Positions 1 through 13,353 of a stretch of 64,000 nt of DNA are shown one piece after another. The position numbers and the translations under genes were made by a program. Below the pieces are notes generated by a model. It did no database searches, had not been told where the DNA came from, and saw nothing but the letters and a program-made list of their open reading frames with translations. The DNA is from Chrysomallon squamiferum. Taxonomy: Eukaryota > Animalia > Mollusca. Numbering within the stretch: the stretch's first letter is position 1; the number at the start of each line of letters is the position of its first letter. The DNA lies in contig CM022679.1 in assembly GCA_012295275.1 (NCBI GenBank), positions 3,472,001 to 3,536,000 of the forward strand. The letters are read 5' to 3'.

Positions 1-587
1 GCTTTTTGCTGGATTCCGCATGTCGCACTAGCGTATCAGTTATTATAGCGGTAATAAAACAATGAAAATGTGTTTGTAGTATCTAATTTCTAACCGATGA
101 AATGTGAGTCAAATATAAATAAACAAATAAATAAAATATAAGAATGTGCACCAATAATTAATTAAAACGGAATCCAATTTGTAAAAACATAGTAATAATT
201 AAAAAAAAAAAAAAAAAAATTAATTAAAATTAAATAAATAAATAAATAAAAAAAAGAAGAAAAAAAGAAAAACGGAAATAAATTTGTTGTTTCAAAAATC
301 GTCTTAACATGAATTTAGATTCAAGCTTCTTTTTTTTTCATCATCAGTTTTATTAAAAAACATTCTTTCAAAGAATAATCGTTAATAATTATAATAATAA
401 AATCCACAAGAAAAAAAAAGAATTAAAAAAAAAAGAGAAAAATAAAGAGCAGTAAACAAATGAGCGTGTAATCGATTAATAAATAACAACAACAGCATAA
501 AAAAAACAGAATAAATGAATAAATGGTTATGTGAGTGGATCGCAAAAAGGTTTTAAATTGTGTTAGTATTGTTGATATTAATTTTCT

Positions 588-618
<31 letters not shown>

Positions 619-674
619 TATATATATATATGCCTGTGTGTGTGTGCGTGTGTGTGTTAATTTTAAAATAAACT

Positions 675-709
<35 letters not shown>

Positions 710-1381
710 TTTCAGTTATTTAGAAGAAAAATCCTGTTTGAATTCACGTTGTATTTATTTCTGTTTCCACATGAGACAGAGAGCGTATTTATTACAGCAT
801 TTCTCCTGGCATATTTATTATTATATAACTGTTTGAATGGAAAGGAAGACACCATCTCGTATTTCGTTCAGTCAGCACAATAATAGGTAAATATTTCTAC
901 ACCAGTTCCTCCATTTTTGAATGTATGTTTGTCAATAAAACCATAAACCCTTCAGCAACATCATAAAAAAAAAAAAAAAAAAAAATAAAATAAAACATAA
1001 AATAAAATGAAATAAAACACAAATATTAAAATAATAATAAAAAACGAATAAAAGCCTTCATTGCTGAAACGAAAACACCAACATAAAACTCTGGTAAGTA
1101 TCACATTTTTTTTTTTTTTTCCACTGTTACATCTGTTTTGTTTTCAAAAGTATATCTTGGATAGAAAAAGCCGAAAATACAACAGAAAAGCGAAATTTAT
1201 CTTACCTGATTACATCTTTGAAACACTGGTTTTAATTAGCTTAGTTAAATAAACAAAATCTATCTTAGAATAACTGAATACTTACTTAGACAAATTTTAG
1301 AAAAGCTGAATTTATCTTAGTTAGAAAAAAAAAAAAAAAAAAAAAAAATCCGCCTATCACAGATATTGTCTGCTTTGTAAA

Positions 1382-1572
1382 TACAGTGGTACCTCGACTT
1401 ACGAGTGCCCCAACTTACGAGTTTTTCGAGTTACGAGCAGTCTCCTAGTCGAGTCCTTACTTTGAGTTGCGAGCTAAAATCCGAGTTACGAGCGAGCTTC
1501 AAATACGCAGTCGCTAATTTCAGTTGAAAAAATACGATCTCGATCACGGAACGAATTAAAGTCGTAAGTCAA
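1382..1572. mobile_element. Non-autonomous pogo/Tigger-like (Tc1/mariner superfamily) MITE, right end truncated
   Basis: Starts TA+CAGTGGTACCTCGACTTACGAG with internal repeats of (G/C)AGTTACGAG. Ends CGGAACGAATTAAAGTCGTAAGTCAA, whose TCGTAAGTC is the reverse complement of the left-end GACTTACGA. The outermost right TIR is missing. Family assigned from the TA-CAGTGGTACC terminus type, not from a database search. Confidence 0.65.
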
Positions 1573-1609
1573 ACAAAGAAGAAGAAGAAACCTCCCTCCC
1601 CCTCCCCCC

Positions 1610-1633
1610 TCTCTCTCTCTCTCTCAAACACAC

Positions 1634-1724
<91 letters not shown>

Positions 1725-1766
1725 AAACGCAAACAACACACAAAGAAGAACAAAAAAAAAAAAAAA

Positions 1767-1839
<73 letters not shown>

Positions 1840-1855
1840 AACACACACACAAACA

Positions 1856-1916
<61 letters not shown>

Positions 1917-1918
1917 TT

Positions 1919-1965
<47 letters not shown>
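1610..1965. repeat. Compound (CT)n/(CA)n microsatellite
   Basis: Direct reading. It explains the ER/CV-repeat ORFs at 1556-2096. Confidence 0.97.
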
Positions 1966-1966
<1 letters not shown>

Positions 1967-2276
1967 GAAGAACAGGAAACCTTTCTCTTTCATACCCACT
2001 CATACATGTACATACACATAAGCTAGATGTAGCTTGTGTAGCTTGTAACCCGGCACATAGGTCGCAAAATCTCCGGTCACACATATATAAACTCACAAAT
2101 ACAATTGATCAACATTAATACACTACACCAAGCATAATCTAGATGCAAAACATATATATATATATATATATACTGCTACTGTTAATAGCGATGATATTCC
2201 ACATTTATTTCTGTTGTCATCACTATAAAACCTGCATATAAATGTAAAGACAACAACAACAACAACAACAACAACA

Positions 2277-2318
<42 letters not shown>

Positions 2319-2636
2319 TAATTATAATTGTTTTACAAAAAATGTATTTCTTTTGAACAAAAGTAATGCCTTTCCATACATTTCTTAATTCGTCAGACTA
2401 CTTCATTAAACATTATCACAGAAGAGTTTTGCTAAGTGACTCTTAAAATCAGACCAGGAATTTAAAAGCATTTTGGGGATACCAGTCTGAAGAAACTGGT
2501 TATATTAGAATTAACAAAAAGAAATGTGTACAGAAATTAAATATAACAATCTACACTTTTTTTTTTTTTTTTACAGAATTATTTTTTCTATAATGAGATA
2601 GTTTGTTTAATTTCAGATTGTATAATGAGATCATTA

Positions 2637-2695
<59 letters not shown>

Positions 2696-3039
2696 AAAAA
2701 AAAAGTGAAATACTTTTTGCTTGACAAAGAGAAGTTTCATATTTTCAAATAGCTGTTTACTTCTCTTCCACATTTACTGTGACATCGTGTCGCAATAAAA
2801 CTGACAGATGAGAAAGACCGTGCAAAGCACACCACTTGAATAATTTTAATTTAAAATTTATTTCTGTTGAAAAACTATTTTAATAGCCATCATCATAAAA
2901 AACAAACAAATGGCTGTGTCAGCTGCAATAATTTGAAATTATTTTTATTTTTCTCTTTTTACATAAAACATAAACAATAATTTTCTATTGTTGTTATAAT
3001 AATAACACTGGAATAGGAATTACAATAGGAATTAAAACA

Positions 3040-3071
<32 letters not shown>

Positions 3072-5399
3072 TGATGATGATGATGATGATCATTATAAGA
3101 AAAAAAGAAGAAAATTCAAAATAACAACAGCAGCAGTAACAAAATAATAAGTTAGCCAAATAAGATATTAGCGTTGTCATTAATAAATCCCCCCCCCACA
3201 AACACACACATCTTTACATACATATCTATTAACAACAGCTCTGAAATATGATAATGTATGTTTCATTTCATAGGCTCTGTACACCCTCATACATACACAT
3301 GCACAGAGAGGGGGGAATATTAAAACTTTCATAGCAACATTATTCAAAAGTAACATGATTATAATTATATACGTAGAACAGTACATGTAATACTTTTGCA
3401 TCTCCTCCTAATTTAAAGTTTTGTATTTCTCACGGAATTTACATGTTTTGTTAAACTACGCACTTGAATAAAGAATTAACTGTGTCAGACTATTAAGTAA
3501 AATGTGTTGGGTGTCACCAACATAATTATCCAGTGTTTAATAGTCTTGGCATGTCGCTATTTCTAGTTGCTTTGGAGAGATGGAATGCTAGGTAATTGTA
3601 AAAGTATGTTCGACTTCATGCAGCAGTTAGGTATAATATGACATGTCTATGGGCTTTTTTTATTTAAAGGGAGCATCCTCTGAGATATTCACTTGCTAAA
3701 ATATATAAATTTAGAATCAGAACACGTATGGAAATACTAATGGTTCGGTGTACATATGTATATAAAATAATAATAATAATAATAATAGTAATAATTATAA
3801 TAATAATAATGAAAGTAATAATAAGAAATAATTATGGAACGTTAACAAAGAAAACAAAAATGGGTGGGTGTTACTGTAACAGTAGTTGAATGTCTTTTTT
3901 TTTTTTTTTTTTTTTTTCAACAAACAAAAACAAAAACCAGGTTAAATAATCATAGAAACTATTATGAACTGTAAGCACAGCAATACAGTTTGATATCATA
4001 TATTACATATTATGTTACACTGATTTGAAACAAGTAGTTGTGAGATGTAGTGAGACAGGAACATAAATCTCTTCTCTATCGGATGTATTTATTACCATTT
4101 TAGATACCGCTTCATTCATTTTGTTTGTTTATTTTTATTTATTTTTTTATTAAATATTTGCAAATTATAAAATAAAATTCATAAACAGATTTTTAATATT
4201 CCCGGTGGGTTTGACACTATGCTTTGCAGGCCCGTGACATTAATTACTTCTTTTTTTAGAATCAGTGATGTATTTAACATTTCATTTCCGTGGTATCTGA
4301 CGTTTTATTAATCTCTGTTTATATATTTTAAAGCTACTGTAGTTTGTTCTTTTTTTTTTTGCGTTTATTGTTAATTTTTTTTTTTTTTTTTTTTAAATAA
4401 ATCAAAAAATATTATTATCAAAAGATTTAATCTGCCATATTTGTTGTGTTTTGTGTGATTCAGAATTAGTAAAAAGCACAGTAGTTCACTGTAAAAAACA
4501 CTGTCACATTATAAATATGATTTGTAACCAGCTTGGTTATCTGTATTTAAGGCTTGTTAAAAGCAGATTATGGTTGTCATTTTCTGTTAATAATAATAAT
4601 AATAATAATCATAATAAAACAAAAATATTTTTTTTATAAATATATATATGTATATTTAGCTTCTAATATTAAATAAAATAACAGCAAAAAATCAACTTGA
4701 AAAATGCAATCTCTAAATCACAAATTGTTTTTCCCAAGATAATAGAAAATATTCTTGTTTACAGTGTATGTAAGTAATTGTTCATGTACACAAATATATA
4801 TTTTACTGATGGTTGAACTTTTTAACAGAAGCAGAATCTACTTATTTTAACTGATTTTAGTTTTATTTAATAAAATATTGCCAGTTTCAGGATGAATTAT
4901 TGAAATCAGTGTCATAAAGATATTTATTTTTCTTCAAAATTCTAAATATCACAGTCTGGAAACATTTAAGACTGTTGTAATGTGTCAGATCTGTTTTTAT
5001 TGGGATCACTGGTTTTATGACTGACTAATGCATATATTTATTTTCGTAAATTATAACAACTGATTAGAAGTTGAAATACCCTGAGAAGAAATCATTTACA
5101 AATGAGGGCAAAAAGTTGCACATAACAAAATGATTCATTTAACAACTGTTTTGTATTAAAGATTTGTGGTCAAAATATGTTATTTTGATGTAGACAACTG
5201 GTAAGCTGAACTCTTCACTCCCAGCTCTAGTTAATTTGTCTCTTTATAGAAATGAAATTTTGCATGCTGTTATTTCACAGATTAATTAATTCTGATTTTT
5301 TTCTTTAATATATTTTTTTTTTGAAGACAGATGGTGATGCAAAGTTACAGCACTAACACAGAGAAAGGAAAAGTCCAACCCATTCTTTTTTTAGTTTTC

Positions 5400-5431
<32 letters not shown>

Positions 5432-6005
5432 AGGAGCCAGGTTAATCCAAGATTGTGATTCTTATGGGAAAGTGCATATACAGGATTCTTTCCTGTATCT
5501 AAATTTTCTAGTCATTGACAATAAATATAACTAGGAAACCCCCCAAAACCCCAAAACAATCTTAAAAAATTTAAATAATTAAAAAAAAAAAAAAAAAAAA
5601 CAAAAAAAAAAAAAAAAAAAAAAAAAAAATAAATAAATAAAAAATGAAAATAAAATATAATAAATAGTAGTAAATAAATAAACAAAAATATGAAAAATTT
5701 AAATAAATTTAATTGGAATCATTAACCTGTAAAAAAAAAAAAAAAAAAAAATAAAACAAAACCGAAATAGATTAAGCAGTTGCATTAGTTTATTAATTGT
5801 ACATTTAGGATTTTAAACAAGCATATTCTGTTACAAAACATAAAATGTAAAATAAATACATTTTACGGTAATTTTGCCCTAGTCTTCTAATATTTGAATA
5901 GTATCTAAATATAATTCAATAATACAAAGTTATAAGAAATAAAACGCTCTAGCTGATCTTCTGCTAAATCATTTATAATTATTTTAATAAATAAATAAAT
6001 GTTTA

Positions 6006-6040
<35 letters not shown>

Positions 6041-6138
6041 AATTAAATCACTGAAGTGAAAAGTGTTCGATCACAAAAAGCTTATTCGTAATTACTAGGT
6101 GGGCTTGGAAGTTTTTTTTTTTGGTGAAAATGATGGGA

Positions 6139-6801
6139 TCATCGGTATCTTGAATTCCGTTTGGTGCTCTTCGTTTTTTTGCGAGTTTCAGTTCGACAAT
6201 GGGTTCGAGTTTTGGCACTCTTTGACCTGTTCATACGAACTCGTTTATATGGATTTTCTGTTTCAGGTCTTGGTCTTTTGCCTTTACTATTCGAAGGCAT
6301 TTCGTCTTCGTTATCGTTGTTAGATACATTGTTCACGGTTTCAGGTGTTTTGTCCTTCGCAGTGTTCTGGCCAAGAAGAAATCTTCCTCTGTTTCCCGAT
6401 GCCTGTGAACCTCTGGGGCGAATAATTTGCCCTGACTTCAAACCTTCAGCCAAAGCTTTGTTTATTTCTTCATTTAACATCTTGAAAGCTGTAGTGGAAG
6501 ACTTGGCACTAAAATACTGGCGGATTTCTTTCAGCGATGCACCTCTGTTGTCTTTGCTGTTTGCGATGGCATCAATCACATTTTGAAGAATAGTCGGTGG
6601 TGTGTTTTCACTGCATGTCTGCCCATACTTAGAATTTGTAGCCCCTTCTGGGGACGTACTGGTTGATGTTGCAGACCTGGACACAGACCTGGAACTGGAA
6701 CGAGTGTTCGATCTTGAGCGTGGTCGAGCTGGTGTTTTGGGTCGAGATGGCGACTTCGATCTCGACCGCTGTCGAGGCTCTTGTTCCGCGCGATCAGACA
6801 T
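6139..6801 (-). CDS. Linker histone H1-related protamine-like (PL-I/PL-II type) sperm nuclear basic protein, 220 aa, intronless
   Basis: GC-richer single ORF. N-tail is RS/SP-rich (RSRSKSPSRPKTPARPRSRS). H1/H5 winged-helix at aa ~68-144 (PPTILQNVIDAIANSKDNRGASLKEIRQY...INKALAEGLKSGQIIRPRGSQASGNRGRFLLG). C-tail is Arg/Lys-rich. The wing motif resembles bivalve PL proteins as I recall them (GLKSG.xVRPK..GASGATGSFRVG). No histone 3' stem-loop seen; candidate AATAAA on (-) at 5789-5794. Confidence 0.85.
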   Translation of the reverse strand: MSDRAEQEPRQRSRSKSPSRPKTPARPRSRSNTRSSSRSVSRSATSTSTSPEGATNSKYGQTCSENTPPTILQNVIDAIANSKDNRGASLKEIRQYFSAKSSTTAFKMLNEEINKALAEGLKSGQIIRPRGSQASGNRGRFLLGQNTAKDKTPETVNNVSNNDNEDEMPSNSKGKRPRPETENPYKRVRMNRSKSAKTRTHCRTETRKKTKSTKRNSRYR

Positions 6802-6851
6802 TTTCAGAAGAGTGGTCGTTAAACGCTTATCACATTAAATTTAAAATCGCG

Positions 6852-6879
6852 TGACGTAATTACTTTGATAATGACGCAA
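6852..6879 (-). promoter_or_regulatory. Pair of CRE-like sites upstream of the H1/PL gene
   Basis: TGACGTAA (6852-6859) and TGACGCAA (6872-6879), 20 bp apart, 50-80 bp 5' of the ATG, in otherwise CpG-poor DNA. Confidence 0.5.
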
Positions 6880-7446
6880 TGGATGCAAAAGAAATTTGCG
6901 CAGAATTAATTTCACTTGTAGTTATGTTAAAATTTTTGAATTAAATGACTAAATCGAAAAATATTTTCCAAATATTTTGATATTGTGTAAATTTTAGCTT
7001 TATTATTACTCAGTCTCTGATACATAAAAAAAAAAAAAGAAGAAGAAGAAAAAAAAATGTGTTCATTTTGCACCAGTTTTATTTAATTTATTTATCACCA
7101 TCATTAATAATTAATCAACATTTAACCTCATTAAAACTATCTAATTTTTCATACTTGTGCCTTCAGATTTTTTTTTTTTTTTTTTTACGAATTTACAAAT
7201 ACATCTAGGAAAAAATACATTATGAGGCTAGATTAAAGTAGTGTATGGTCTTTAGAGGTGAGATTATGGAGTGAGATTGTTCAATCTCTTTTAAACAACG
7301 GTGAAGGGTCCTCGAAAAAGCATGTTCTGAAAGCATATGCTTCTTTTGCTACTGTTTAATCTGACCCTGAACGTTACTTAAAGATATATAAAATGTAAGT
7401 AATTACATTAATTTTAAAGCACTAACAGGTGTAGTGTTGTGTACAA

Positions 7447-7476
<30 letters not shown>

Positions 7477-7478
<2 letters not shown>

Positions 7479-8199
7479 ATAAACATATTTAAGACAACAC
7501 GTAAACAGTGTATACAGAGATAACTGATTTATCTGAACTCATTCATATCAGTAATAACTCCAGTATGCAAATAATTTCACTGATGCTGAATATAATAATT
7601 TATTTATGTACCTTTCTTAACAAGATAATATTTTAAAAATCGAAAATCAACAACAACAATAATAATAATAAAATTAAAAATAAAATAAAATTATGATACA
7701 AAGAAATCTTTTTTTATTTTTTATTTTTTATATTGTTTATAAGGAATATTTTTTTATAAAACGATATTTTTAGATTTATTGTTTCCGTTACCCATTCAGA
7801 CAGTATTAGTTATTTTAAAACCATTGCACTGATCATTAGGCAGCTTAATTATTAAATCAGAAACGTAATATTTAGGACCTATATTAAATACTCGGTAAGG
7901 TATATAAATAAATAATGAAGCACTTTTTAGATTTTTATTAAATAGTGGTCTAAGGCAGACAACTCTAAAACGATATTTTCATATTTCCTGTTTTCATTAA
8001 CAATTCAGTCAATATTTGTAAGCACTGTAGACTTTATATTATTAGTTTAAATTATTAAATAGACTCGCAAATATTTAAACCACTGAGCAAGTATGCATTG
8101 TAACACACACAAATGTAAATAAATAAATAAATAAATATTTTAATGTTGATTTGTGAAAGAAACTTAAAATATAAATATTTTGGCATATATACAAGTTCG

Positions 8200-8239
<40 letters not shown>

Positions 8240-8668
8240 AAAAAGAAAAAGAAATTACAAAAACAAAAACAAAAAAAACAAACAAAAAAAAAAATCGAAA
8301 AGCCAAACAACATGACCCCCGCCACAAATTAAAACAAAAAAGTTCATAGTAAATAAACATTTAAATTCACAGATATAAATAATTATTTTGAGTTAATTAG
8401 AACAGCTTGAAAACTCTGAAATTCAAATTAAACATTCATTAATTTTAAAACAGATTTAAATTTAGTTTTATAAGAACCCAGTCTTTCTAGTCATTTTACA
8501 AAGACTACAAAATAGAGTTATTTCCCTTAGACCGTAATTGATTTTGTCCACATGAAACATTGATCACTCGTTCATACCTTCTTTAGAAAACTTCAATCAT
8601 TATTTATTTTAGGTATCAAATAGTACCTTTTTATTTATTTATAATATATTTTATGGTAATGGTGTTAA

Positions 8669-8707
<39 letters not shown>

Positions 8708-10035
8708 CACTACTACTACAATAATAATGAAATAAATATTAAAGAGAACAGAAAAGATGATTGTTTAAAAAGAAAAATTATTATTATTATTATTATTATT
8801 ATTTATTTTTATTTTTTTTAGAAAATAAACATATTTAAGACAACACGTAAACACTGTATACAGAGATAACTGATTTATCTGAACACATTCATATCAGTAA
8901 TAACTCCAGTATGCAAATAACTTCACTGATGCTGAATATAATAATTTATTTATATACTTTTCTTAACAAGATAATATTTTAAAAATCGAAAATCAACAAC
9001 AACAACAACAATAATAAAATCAAAAATAAAATAAAATTATGATACAAATTTTTTTATTTGTTTTTTATTTTTTTATATTTTTTATAAAACGATGTTTTTA
9101 GATTTATTGTTTCCGTTACCCATTCAGACAGTATTAGTTATTTTAAAACCATTGCACTGATAATTAGGCAGCTTAATTATTAAATCAGAAACGTAATATT
9201 TAGGACCTATATTAAATACTCGGTAAGGTATATAAATAAATAATGAAACGCTTTTTAGATTTTTATTAAATAGTGGTCTAAGGCAGACAACTCTAAAACG
9301 ATATTTTCATATTTCCTGTTTTCATTAACAATTCAGACAATATTTGTAAGCATGTAGACTTTATATTATTAGTTTAAATTATTAAATAGACTCGCAAATA
9401 TTTAAACCACTGAGCAAGTATACATTGTAACACACACAAATGTAAATAAATAAATAAATAAATAAATAAATATTTTAATGTTAATTTGTGAAAGAAACTT
9501 AAAATATAAATATTTTGGCATATATACAAGTTCGAAAAAAAAAAAAATAAAATAAAAAATATCGAAAAGCCAAACAACAACACCCCCGCCACAAATTAAA
9601 ACAAAAAAGTCCATAGTAAATAAACATTTAAATTCACAGATATAAATAATTATTTTGAGTTAATTAGAACAGCTTGAAAACTCTGAAATAGATTCAAACT
9701 AAACATTCATTAATTTTAAAACAGGTTTGAATTTAGTTTATAAAGAGCCCAGTCTTTCTAGTCATTTTACAAAGACTACAAAATAGAGTTATTTCCCTTA
9801 GACCGTAATTGATTTTTGTCCACATGAAACATTGATCACTCGTTCATACCTTCTTTAGAAAACTTCAATCATTATTTATTTTAGGTATCAGATAGTACCT
9901 TTTTATTTATTTATAATATATTTTATTGTAATGGTGTTAATACTACTACAATAATAATGAAATAAAAATTAAAGAGAACAGAATAGATGATTATTTAAAA
10001 AGAAAAATTATTATTATTATTATTATTATTATTAT
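7477..10035. repeat. Recent ~1.3 kb direct tandem duplication (units ~7477-8800 and ~8822-10035), with an older diverged partial copy at ~11200-11690
   Basis: Both units start AAAATAAACATATTTAAGACAACACGTAAACA and are collinear apart from homopolymer and microsatellite lengths. AAAATAGAGTTATTTCCCTTAG occurs at ~8510, ~9781 and ~11277. Confidence 0.92.
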
Positions 10036-11436
10036 CATTAATACTGGTTTGAGGGACATAACTTTAAAATGTTATTTTTATATTTTGTATTTTCCTTGGC
10101 TCTTCAGAAAATCTAAGTTTTCATTCTTAAACTAAATTACTGAAATAAATGTTAAAAAATCATGAATTTTGCCAGACTCTCTCCCTCACACTGTGTTTGT
10201 GTGTATGTGTAATGTAAATTTTGAATGGTAGAAAGATTCTTTTATCCTTTTCTCATAAAGGTTTTAAATTATAATTTCCTAGCATCTTCATTAACAACAA
10301 CTACAACAACAAAAATAATAATAAATTAATTAAAAAGGAATTCAAAATAAAAAAAATAATGAGTAAATAAAAAATCTCAAAGTTTCAAGTTTCTTACTGC
10401 TTTGTAGTTACATTTGAAAATCTTCAAAATAGTTTGAATTCAGCCATACAAAAAAATATTTAAATCTTATTAATAGTGCGAGCCATGATCAGCTTATCAT
10501 TTGTTTCTGTTAATAATAATGTATATATGTTAATGCATTGATAACAGTTTTGACTTCCCCTGTTTCGGCTTTGTAATGTGATAATGATGATGACGTTTAT
10601 GTATTTGAAGAAAAACTTAAGAGAGAATATTAACTTTTTTAAATTTAAAAATACAACTCATCTTAATACTTTCTAAAAAGCTGAAAGTATACTTTCTTGA
10701 CATATTTTTATAAAATATTTTGAAACGTGTTTTAATTAGTGTCATTGCAATTCAGTCCTTGTTTTTCCTTTTAGATAGCCAGGAAGTACATCATTCAAAG
10801 AAATTTCTTAAGAAATAATATGTAATTGTAATTAAGTGAATAATGTTACTGTATGGAACACAATACAAATCTCTAAGATGACTATATATAACGGGAAGAT
10901 TGCTACAATGGTTCAAAGCTGTGCAAAGAGTCAAATTCTTATAGCAAATTCTTCTTCGGCAACAGCTAATTACATTATTTGCCTTAGTGAAAGATGAAAT
11001 AAATATCGAAGATTCCAAAGATATCTAAAGCTATGTATTTCAGTTACCTTGAATCTTAATTTAAATTTAGAAAGAAAAGATAACAAACAATTATTTTGAA
11101 ATAAAGATATGAGCTATAAATAATGATTTTCATTCAGTTACGAAATCAGTATCAAACATTTCTGAAAATTTCTAAAATATTTTGAACTGCTTAAAATTCA
11201 ATGATCATTCAGCATTTCAAGTCTCGTATTATGCCATTTACAGACACTCAGTCTTTCTAGCATATCTCTAAAATAAAATAGAGTTATTTCCCTTAGGCCG
11301 TAAAATTTACTTTGTTCCATTCATATATTTATTTCGAATAGCATAAATGTTTCTTTAGTTTATTTATTCCTTTTTAAGTTTCAGATCGTATGTTTTTAAT
11401 GATTATTCACAACATATAATTTATTATCGTGTTTAG

Positions 11437-11535
<99 letters not shown>

Positions 11536-11747
11536 CGTGGTGGTGATGTAAGGGAAATAACTTTAAAACGATGTTTTCATCTTTGGTGTTTCATTACCTA
11601 TTCAGAAAATAATATTTTCTAATATTATTAGTTATTTGAAAACTATCTGCAGACTTTACACTGTTAATTTATATTATTATATTAAATGTTCCGATGGGTC
11701 CCACTGCCTGTTTCAAAGAGAAAAAATAATAATGAAAAACAAGCTAT

Positions 11748-11798
<51 letters not shown>

Positions 11799-13031
11799 AT
11801 AATATATATTGTTTCCTCATAAACGTATGTTTCATAAAGTATTTACCGATGCTGCAAAGTAAGAAAACAGGTTTTAGTTAATCACCTCTATCGAAAGAAA
11901 CATATGATTTAGTAACAGTTATACGTTCTCCATTTTATAAATAATGGGTAAATAAATACCTAATATTAAGGCATATATACATTATGAATGAATATTATTT
12001 TAAAATTAGAGAGAAAAATACTTTTTGCATTCATGTATTTTTATAGGGTATTAATGTAAAATATTTATTTTCTTTCCTGAGCAATAATTTACTATGAAAC
12101 TGTTTAACACTTGCAGATCAGCTTCAACTGGCGGGGAGGGGGGTGTTTTTGTTTACTAATAGTTAATGACAGGACTGCAGGTGTTACACATTTTGTGTAC
12201 AGACTGATGTCTGTCAGGCAGAATTCAGAGCCAAAGATCCTTGGTATATTATTATATAACAAGCAAGCAAACAAACAAACAAACTCATATTATCAGCTAC
12301 GCACATGGATTTGTTACCCCACATTAAACCGTCACTGGACAAAATTCATTAAATGGCAGCAAAAGCAGGAAGCGAAAAGTGAAACACATTTGTTTAGAAA
12401 TCCGTTGTTTCCGTTCCTTAATTAATACCATTATAGAATTTTAAATAGTTTTATAATCACATCATGGTCTATTTATACAACGTAAACGTATTTAGTGTCG
12501 ATGCGCTGTGTTTGCAATCAGTTTATTTTTGACAGTACATACTGCAGCAGTGCGAAATGTTTGCCTTAACTATCAATCAACTTTAAACTTTCCCAGATAA
12601 TTGCCTGCCACATATAGTATAAAAATGAGATGAAATAAAATAAAATAAAATATACTAAAATCAAATGAAATAAACAGAAATAGAATAGAACAGAATAGAA
12701 TGGAATGGAACAGAATAGTGTAGAATACTATATAATAAACTAAAACAAAAAAACAAATATGTAAGTGTTTAAAGATATTAGTTTAAGCTTTTCGTTTTAT
12801 TAGTTATCTCTGTTTAAATTACTTGTAATTATTATTCAAAAAACAAAAACACAAAAAATACCAACATTTATAACACAAAGATACACAGGTTCATGATCTC
12901 AAAAAAACATTACGTACTACCAATTAAAAAAAAAGGTTAATCATGTACTGATTTTTAATACTCCTTGAAGGTTGTACTTAATACTAAATAACAGTGAATA
13001 GTCTTAGAGCGTCACCTCATTTTAATTTGAT

Positions 13032-13353
13032 TTAACTTGTGTTGCATACAACATTACGGTCATAATCACAAACCAACACATCAGGATTAAAAAGCAGTTC
13101 CCCAGAACATCTCTGTAAATATATATATGTATATATTGTAATGACTAAATAATATTTATTTAACTGACTTTATATATACTCTGTATATATATATATATAC
13201 ATTTTTCTGTAAATAAAAGGTCGGAAATACACTAAAGAATACATCAAAACGTATAACCAATATGAATATTATCTTACCTTGAGAATGAAAAAAAAAGAAA
13301 AAAGAAATTCAAATTTGTTTCTCTAACAGCGGATAACTCCAGGCCGTTTTATA
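13032..13353 (-). pseudogene. Internally deleted chitinase-array copy ('copy 0'): non-coding exon 1 plus part of intron 1 fused to the 3' half of the CBM14 exon
   Basis: 13032-13122 (-) reads YLQRCSGELLFNPDVLVCDYDRNVVCNTS*, matching the last exon of A-C. 13136-13277 matches intron 1, with the exon-1 donor at 13273-13277. All GH18 exons (~6 kb) are absent. Confidence 0.9.

Noticed and set aside
760-1100. Possible plus-strand promoter and 5' exons (donor-like AG|GTAAAT ~886, CTG|GTAAGT ~1093)
   Set aside because: Only isolated splice-like words; no coding partner could be assembled.
1556-2096. ER/CV-repeat ORFs, and similar poly-I, poly-Y, poly-F, poly-K and SL/ER ORFs throughout the track
   Set aside because: They are translations of (CT)n, (CA)n, (AAT)n and poly-A/T tracts with no domain content.
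3567-5356. Chain of possible plus-strand micro-exons (3567-3591, 4765-4769, 5194-5200, 5331 onward)
   Set aside because: AG/GT flanks look plausible, but the joins tried gave no convincing open frame, and such motifs arise by chance in AT-rich DNA. RNA-seq is needed.
6099-6854. Plus-strand ORFs overlapping the H1/PL gene
   Set aside because: Antisense shadows of the real minus-strand CDS.
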